Assembly: GCA_019058445.1 (NCBI GenBank)
Contig: JAHPZA010000003.1
Span: forward strand, 484,919 to 548,918
Direction: 5' to 3'
DNA length: 64,000 nt
From: Promethearchaeota archaeon
Lineage (GTDB): Archaea; Asgardarchaeota; Lokiarchaeia; Sigyniarchaeales; SOKP01
In this document: piece by piece, positions 61,111 through 64,000 of the stretch
Layout: every line of letters begins with the position of its first letter
How positions within the stretch are numbered: position 1 is the first letter of the stretch
Program-made: the position numbers and the translations under genes
The notes under the pieces: model-generated
Databases searched by the model: none
The model's input: the letters and a program-made list of their open reading frames with translations, nothing else
Told to the model about the DNA's origin: nothing

Positions 61111-61959
61111 ATGCTCAATAGGAAAAAAGAAGTTCATGAATTAATGCAATTAACTCCTACACAGGTAGTAGATAGAGCTGGTGATCATTTAATTGTCTGC
61201 GAGAATTTGGATGATCTTCACCATCATTTTGCTGAGAGTATCGCCTCAGAGATACGTAATAATAACGCTAAAAATATACCCACAAGATTGATTTTACCAG
61301 TAGGGCCGATTGGTCAATATCCAATCTTAGCTGAGATAATTAATAAAGAACGCTTATCCCTCAAATATATTTGGATATTTTTCATGGATGAGTACTGTGA
61401 CGAGAAAGGTAAGGCACTTAAGGTTGATCACCCGCTAAGCTTTAAACGGATCGCTGAAGAAAAGTTCTTAAGTCTAATAGGACAGGAGTATTTTCAGGTT
61501 TTTAAGAGAATTTTTATCCCCAATGAATCAAATTTAAAAGAATTATCAGAAAAAATCGAAGAAATTGGCGGCATCGATGTTTGTTTTGGAGGAATTGGAA
61601 TTCATGGACATGTAGCATTTAATGAACCTGAATCTGGAATTTCTAATACTGATTTTAGAAAAGTTCAACTCAATAATTTTACAATTACCATTAATTCAAT
61701 TCGAGCTCAAATTGGCGGCAATTTAGAGAATTTTCCAAAATGGGCATTTACAATTGGAATGAAACAAATATTAAATGCCCGAAAAATAAGATTGTATTGT
61801 CGAAATGGAACACCATATGATTGGGCGAATACCATCTTAAGAATTGCATTATTTGGAGAACCAGGAGATGATTATCCAGTTACTCATATTAGAAATCACC
61901 CCGATTATATGATTATTACTGATAATGATACATTAAACACTCCAAAAGTTAAATTGTAG
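61111..61959 (+). CDS. Glucosamine-6-phosphate deaminase/isomerase (NagB)-like protein
   Basis: PVGP..QY, FFMDEY, GGIGIHGHVAFNEP, TIGMKQI; 2 nt downstream of the amidohydrolase gene. Confidence 0.8.
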   Translation: MLNRKKEVHELMQLTPTQVVDRAGDHLIVCENLDDLHHHFAESIASEIRNNNAKNIPTRLILPVGPIGQYPILAEIINKERLSLKYIWIFFMDEYCDEKGKALKVDHPLSFKRIAEEKFLSLIGQEYFQVFKRIFIPNESNLKELSEKIEEIGGIDVCFGGIGIHGHVAFNEPESGISNTDFRKVQLNNFTITINSIRAQIGGNLENFPKWAFTIGMKQILNARKIRLYCRNGTPYDWANTILRIALFGEPGDDYPVTHIRNHPDYMIITDNDTLNTPKVKL

Positions 61960-62267
61960 AATTATTTATATTTTGATCATATAAATAAAAACAATGTCTT
62001 TAGTACTCTTTAAAATTTAATATGATCAGATTCTCTCATAAGGAAAATTAAATAGAATAATTTGGAAATTTAAATAAAACTTTTTTCTTTTTTTTACTTT
62101 ATTAAAGAAAAATATCTAAATTGAATATATCAATAGCTTATAAACTTCATTAAATATATAATAGGATATTTTTATATATTATTCAATTTCAAAAGAAAAT
62201 TAATACAAAATTATTTTTATTGAATTATAATATTTCTTGAAATTAATGGAAATTTTAGGGTTTATTA

Positions 62268-63131
62268 ATGGTTAATGTTCAAATTATATGCCCAGTCTGT
62301 AAAAAAAAAGGAAATATTGAAGTATCTGAGGATTCTATGAAAGAATTTTCAAGAGGAATTTTAGCCATTAATATTGCAGAAAAAACCATTTGTAAAGACA
62401 GTTTTGTTGCTTATTTAGACAAAAATCTTAAGGTTCGAGATTATTTTATCGTTGATTTTAAACTTGAACTTCCCGATTTTATTTCTGAAAAAGATAAGAA
62501 ACTAGAATCGGAAAAAAAATTCATTGTTGAAAAAATTCTAGATTTAGATCTGATAAAATATAATATGTCCCCAAACCTTTTAGCCTATACATTAAAAGTT
62601 ATTCTTCTGGGAAAGAAATTTTTATTAATCTTAGACGATCAACAGTCCTTTCTCATTGACCATCTGATAAATTTTTATAAATATATCACTCAAAACTCTT
62701 TTAAATATGAGCTAAATATAATTTTACAAAAAGAATATAATGATAAAAAAAAGAATTATAAAGATTACATAGTTTTTGATAATAAAGAGATAATTTATGA
62801 TAGAGATAAATTTTTAAATCCCAAAAAGATCGCAGTGGAAAAGAGAATTATTCAAAAGTTTATTGCTGAAACTGACCAAAATTTAAGTCTCTTAATAATT
62901 AAAAACGATATCCAAAAAGCTTTTGATTTGTCTAAATTTGTTACTGATTATCTCAATAAAGTCGAGTCGATAAAGAAAATAGATATTACAGAAATTTATA
63001 AGGATTTACAAGAGCAATTTCATACAAATATATCTTCGATTTATTTAAGTTTTTTACTTGAAATCGTTGAAAACTATCATAAGGTTGAGATCCCCGGAAG
63101 TTTAAAAAGACTATTAAAAATTATTTTCTAA
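62268..63131 (+). CDS. Lokiarchaeia-type Zn-ribbon protein (possible DENN-like C-terminal region)
   Basis: CPVC...ICKDSFVAYLDKNLKVR; paralog of 1..885. Confidence 0.75.
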   Translation: MVNVQIICPVCKKKGNIEVSEDSMKEFSRGILAINIAEKTICKDSFVAYLDKNLKVRDYFIVDFKLELPDFISEKDKKLESEKKFIVEKILDLDLIKYNMSPNLLAYTLKVILLGKKFLLILDDQQSFLIDHLINFYKYITQNSFKYELNIILQKEYNDKKKNYKDYIVFDNKEIIYDRDKFLNPKKIAVEKRIIQKFIAETDQNLSLLIIKNDIQKAFDLSKFVTDYLNKVESIKKIDITEIYKDLQEQFHTNISSIYLSFLLEIVENYHKVEIPGSLKRLLKIIF

Positions 63132-63225
63132 CATGATTTTATCTTGGTTTTTTACTTGTAAAGTATATTTAGTTAATCTTTTTTTATAAAAAATTTATAA
63201 TTTGAAAGAAAAAAAAATTTAGGAG

Positions 63226-63954
63226 CTATGTTTTTAAACTGAATTTAGTAACACCATAAGTAAACATAATTAATCCAGTAATCTTGAAAATAAATAACAA
63301 GAAATACATTGTTATCTGAATCTCCGAACCATATAATGCTCTTAAAGGAATTAGAACAGGTTCAATTACTAAATTGGAACCTATTGCATAAATTATTATT
63401 CCAAATGCTATAAGAAAAGACGATTTTCGCAACCCAGGTATCTTAATCCCTGTGTAGAAAAAAATTAGAGGTACAATTATCGCAACAATATTTCCAAAAA
63501 TACCAATTACTCCAAGCATTTCAAAATCTTCTGCAGTATTCACAGGATAAAAAAATTGAATAGAAGTAGCAATAATCATCAACCAAGCTAATAATCCTTT
63601 AAGTTTAAAGTTCAATATCTCTTTATCTATTGAATATAAAATAACAACAAAGCCAATACTAGAAGAAAGAGCGGCAAATTTCCATACGATTATATTTGGA
63701 TATAAATGGGCTTTTGATGTATCGAATTGCGTTAAATAAAAATCAAAAATAGCATATAATAATCGAGAAATGAATAGACAAAACATGAGTATGCAAATGC
63801 TTACTAAGAAATCAAAATTTAGAGTTCCCGTTTCTTTTTTTCTAATTCTTACCTTATTCAAGAGATATAATGTTAAAAATAACTTAACTATTAAGATTAT
63901 AATAGTTAAAATTAAAAAAAGATTAAATTCGAAAGTATTTGGTGAAATTATCAT
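63226..63954 (-). CDS. Stand-alone ~7-TM membrane protein
   Basis: About 7 hydrophobic helices ending ...MFTYG; same layout as 1010..1699. Confidence 0.72.
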   Translation of the reverse strand: MIISPNTFEFNLFLILTIIILIVKLFLTLYLLNKVRIRKKETGTLNFDFLVSICILMFCLFISRLLYAIFDFYLTQFDTSKAHLYPNIIVWKFAALSSSIGFVVILYSIDKEILNFKLKGLLAWLMIIATSIQFFYPVNTAEDFEMLGVIGIFGNIVAIIVPLIFFYTGIKIPGLRKSSFLIAFGIIIYAIGSNLVIEPVLIPLRALYGSEIQITMYFLLFIFKITGLIMFTYGVTKFSLKT

Positions 63955-64000
63955 AAATACTGAGTTATAATAGGTATATTTAAATATTTCTTATTACCAA

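Noticed and set aside
1-64000. tRNA, rRNA, CRISPR, IS or provirus, and the remaining short antisense ORFs in the track
   Set aside because: No GC-rich structured RNA, repeat-spacer array, transposase, integrase or capsid gene was recognised. The short overlapping ORFs lie opposite or inside well-supported genes.

Overview
AT-rich archaeal DNA, most likely Asgard (Lokiarchaeia-like). This assignment is inferred from protein families (longin-like, arrestin-like, V4R-like, Zn-ribbon and 7TM paralogs, a large GPH-type MFS expansion) and from archaeal TATA/oligo-T signals. No rRNA, tRNA, CRISPR array or transposase was recognised. Main blocks: (1) 1-8.6 kb, membrane, Zn-ribbon and ESP-like hypothetical genes. 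(2) 9.2-10.0 kb, three tandem paralogous Cys-rich mini-proteins behind a perfect palindrome. (3) 10.3-23.1 kb, an 11-gene hdrCB-hdrA'A''-mvhD-hdrA-flxDCBA-frhB electron-bifurcation operon. (4) 25-39 kb, hydrolases, lipid/redox enzymes, transporters, a TPR protein and an MFS gene split by one in-frame TAA. (5) 39.9-46 kb, three non-pyrrolysine MttB methyltransferases with a corrinoid protein and a stand-alone homocysteine methyltransferase. (6) 47.4-62 kb, a sugar-catabolic block: a GH31 sulfoquinovosidase-like enzyme, an SQ-isomerase-like enzyme and a sulfofructose-transaldolase-like enzyme, next to five tandem GPH symporters plus a remnant, an amidohydrolase and a NagB-like protein. The top candidate for an undescribed system is this transaldolase-type sulfoglycolysis (sulfo-TAL/SFT) cluster in an archaeon, which carries an unusual Arg->Gln change in the glycosidase sulfonate pocket. 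Comparisons to reference enzymes are from memory and need confirming by alignment.
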